Source: an uncultured Bacteroidales bacterium (GTDB taxonomy: Bacteria; Bacteroidota; Bacteroidia; Bacteroidales; UBA4417). From it: a DNA stretch of 43,966 nt. The position numbers were made by a program, and so were the translations under genes. Below are positions 43,441-43,966 of the stretch, in pieces. How positions within the stretch are numbered: position 1 is the first letter of the stretch; the number at the start of each line of letters is the position of its first letter. Under the pieces are notes generated by a model. That model saw nothing but the letters and a program-made list of their open reading frames with translations, did no database searches and was not told the DNA's origin. The DNA is taken from NCBI GenBank assembly GCA_937965665.1, contig CALCJE010000148.1:1-43966 (forward strand), given 5' to 3'.

Positions 43441-43926
43441 TTAGGGCTTATCTGCAGGTAAAAACTCTTCAATTCCGGGGTAAAACAGCTTCTCGCTGGC
43501 AACCTGCTGGGGATAAGTGTAGTAATGCATCAGCGACTCAGCACCCAGGGTTCCGTCGTTCATAAAAAGCTGGACCTGCATAACCGCAACATTCCGACGC
43601 ATTTCATGCAACCTGGCTATCAGCCTGAATGGAGCTTTATCCATTAGTACCGGTTTCAGTAATTTGACTTCCATTTTTGAGGTTACCCCGGCAGTTTGAA
43701 GTTTTACAAAAACAAACCAGCTGGCTATTTCGTCCATCAGGGTAGCCTGTATACCGCCATGCAGTAAACCAACCCATCCCTGCAGATGCGCTTCAGGTTC
43801 CCAGTCGCATACCACTTCCTCGCCTTCGAGTCTGAAATTCATGCGCAGTCCAAATTCGTTTGCCGGAGAACAGCCAAAACAATTATAGCCTTCCAGTTTA
43901 TGGAATGGATTTTGATACTGTCCCAA
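43441..43926 (-). CDS. PaaI/hotdog-fold thioesterase
   Basis: HGGIQATLMDE is typical of PaaI-type thioesterases. N-terminal CFGCS knuckle. The listed start is TTG. Confidence 0.65.
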   Translation of the reverse strand: MGQYQNPFHKLEGYNCFGCSPANEFGLRMNFRLEGEEVVCDWEPEAHLQGWVGLLHGGIQATLMDEIASWFVFVKLQTAGVTSKMEVKLLKPVLMDKAPFRLIARLHEMRRNVAVMQVQLFMNDGTLGAESLMHYYTYPQQVASEKLFYPGIEEFLPADKP

Positions 43927-43966
43927 AAAGTGTGTAAAGTGAGATTTTTCTAAATTTAAGTGTACG

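Noticed and set aside
1-43966. CRISPR arrays, rRNA genes, IS elements/transposases, integrases
   Set aside because: I saw no regularly spaced direct-repeat/spacer array, no rRNA-like segments and no ORF with DDE-transposase, tyrosine-recombinase or serine-recombinase hallmarks.

Overview
The window is a low-GC, gene-dense contig that looks like Bacteroidota. Support: repeated TAnnTTTG -7 promoter boxes, near-leaderless genes, lipoprotein and TonB-receptor pairs, and DUF3987/BT4734-type mobile-element genes. It reads as four blocks.

(1) nt 1-53 is Illumina TruSeq adapter, so the contig edge is an artefact. It is followed by the right-hand part of an integrative-element backbone: two excisionase-type HTH genes, a primase-like gene and a PriCT-2/DUF3987 gene. 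The cargo is a defence cluster. It holds a 689-aa catalytically dead, PAZ-reduced prokaryotic Argonaute in a two-gene operon with an uncharacterised 164-aa four-Cys zinc-ribbon protein, converging on a 1009-aa single-chain type IIG restriction-modification enzyme. This pAgo pair is my best candidate for an undescribed system.

(2) 10.6-20.6 kb holds a Lol/MacB-like ABC export operon (TPR protein, LolA-like protein, two FtsX permeases, ATPase, beta-barrel OMP). Next to it are three tandem single-TM micropeptide ORFs and a divergent OmpR/HK two-component system. A ~70-bp promoter module (-7 box plus four ATTAGAA-type repeats phased at exactly 11 bp) occurs here twice and a third time at 32.45 kb.

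(3) 20.7-30.5 kb holds an unusual small-molecule operon (opine-dehydrogenase family, B12-binding-like fusion protein, AsnB-like amidoligase lacking the catalytic Cys, MarC). It is followed by NhaD, a DUF389 protein and a ClC channel.

(4) 30.5-37.7 kb is an accessory island abutting the 3' end of tRNA-Arg(ACG). It contains twin CBM48-like proteins, a ~1-kb GC-rich, C-skewed, ORF-free, hairpin-dense block, an AT-rich inverted-repeat/hairpin region, a string of small Cys-rich genes and a protein with an RNxxxH HEPN motif.

The right end carries PAS, ArfB, and a cobalamin-riboswitch-controlled BtuB-like receptor with a beta-propeller lipoprotein. I found no CRISPR array, rRNA, integrase or transposase. 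All family assignments come from motifs read by eye. No database search was run.
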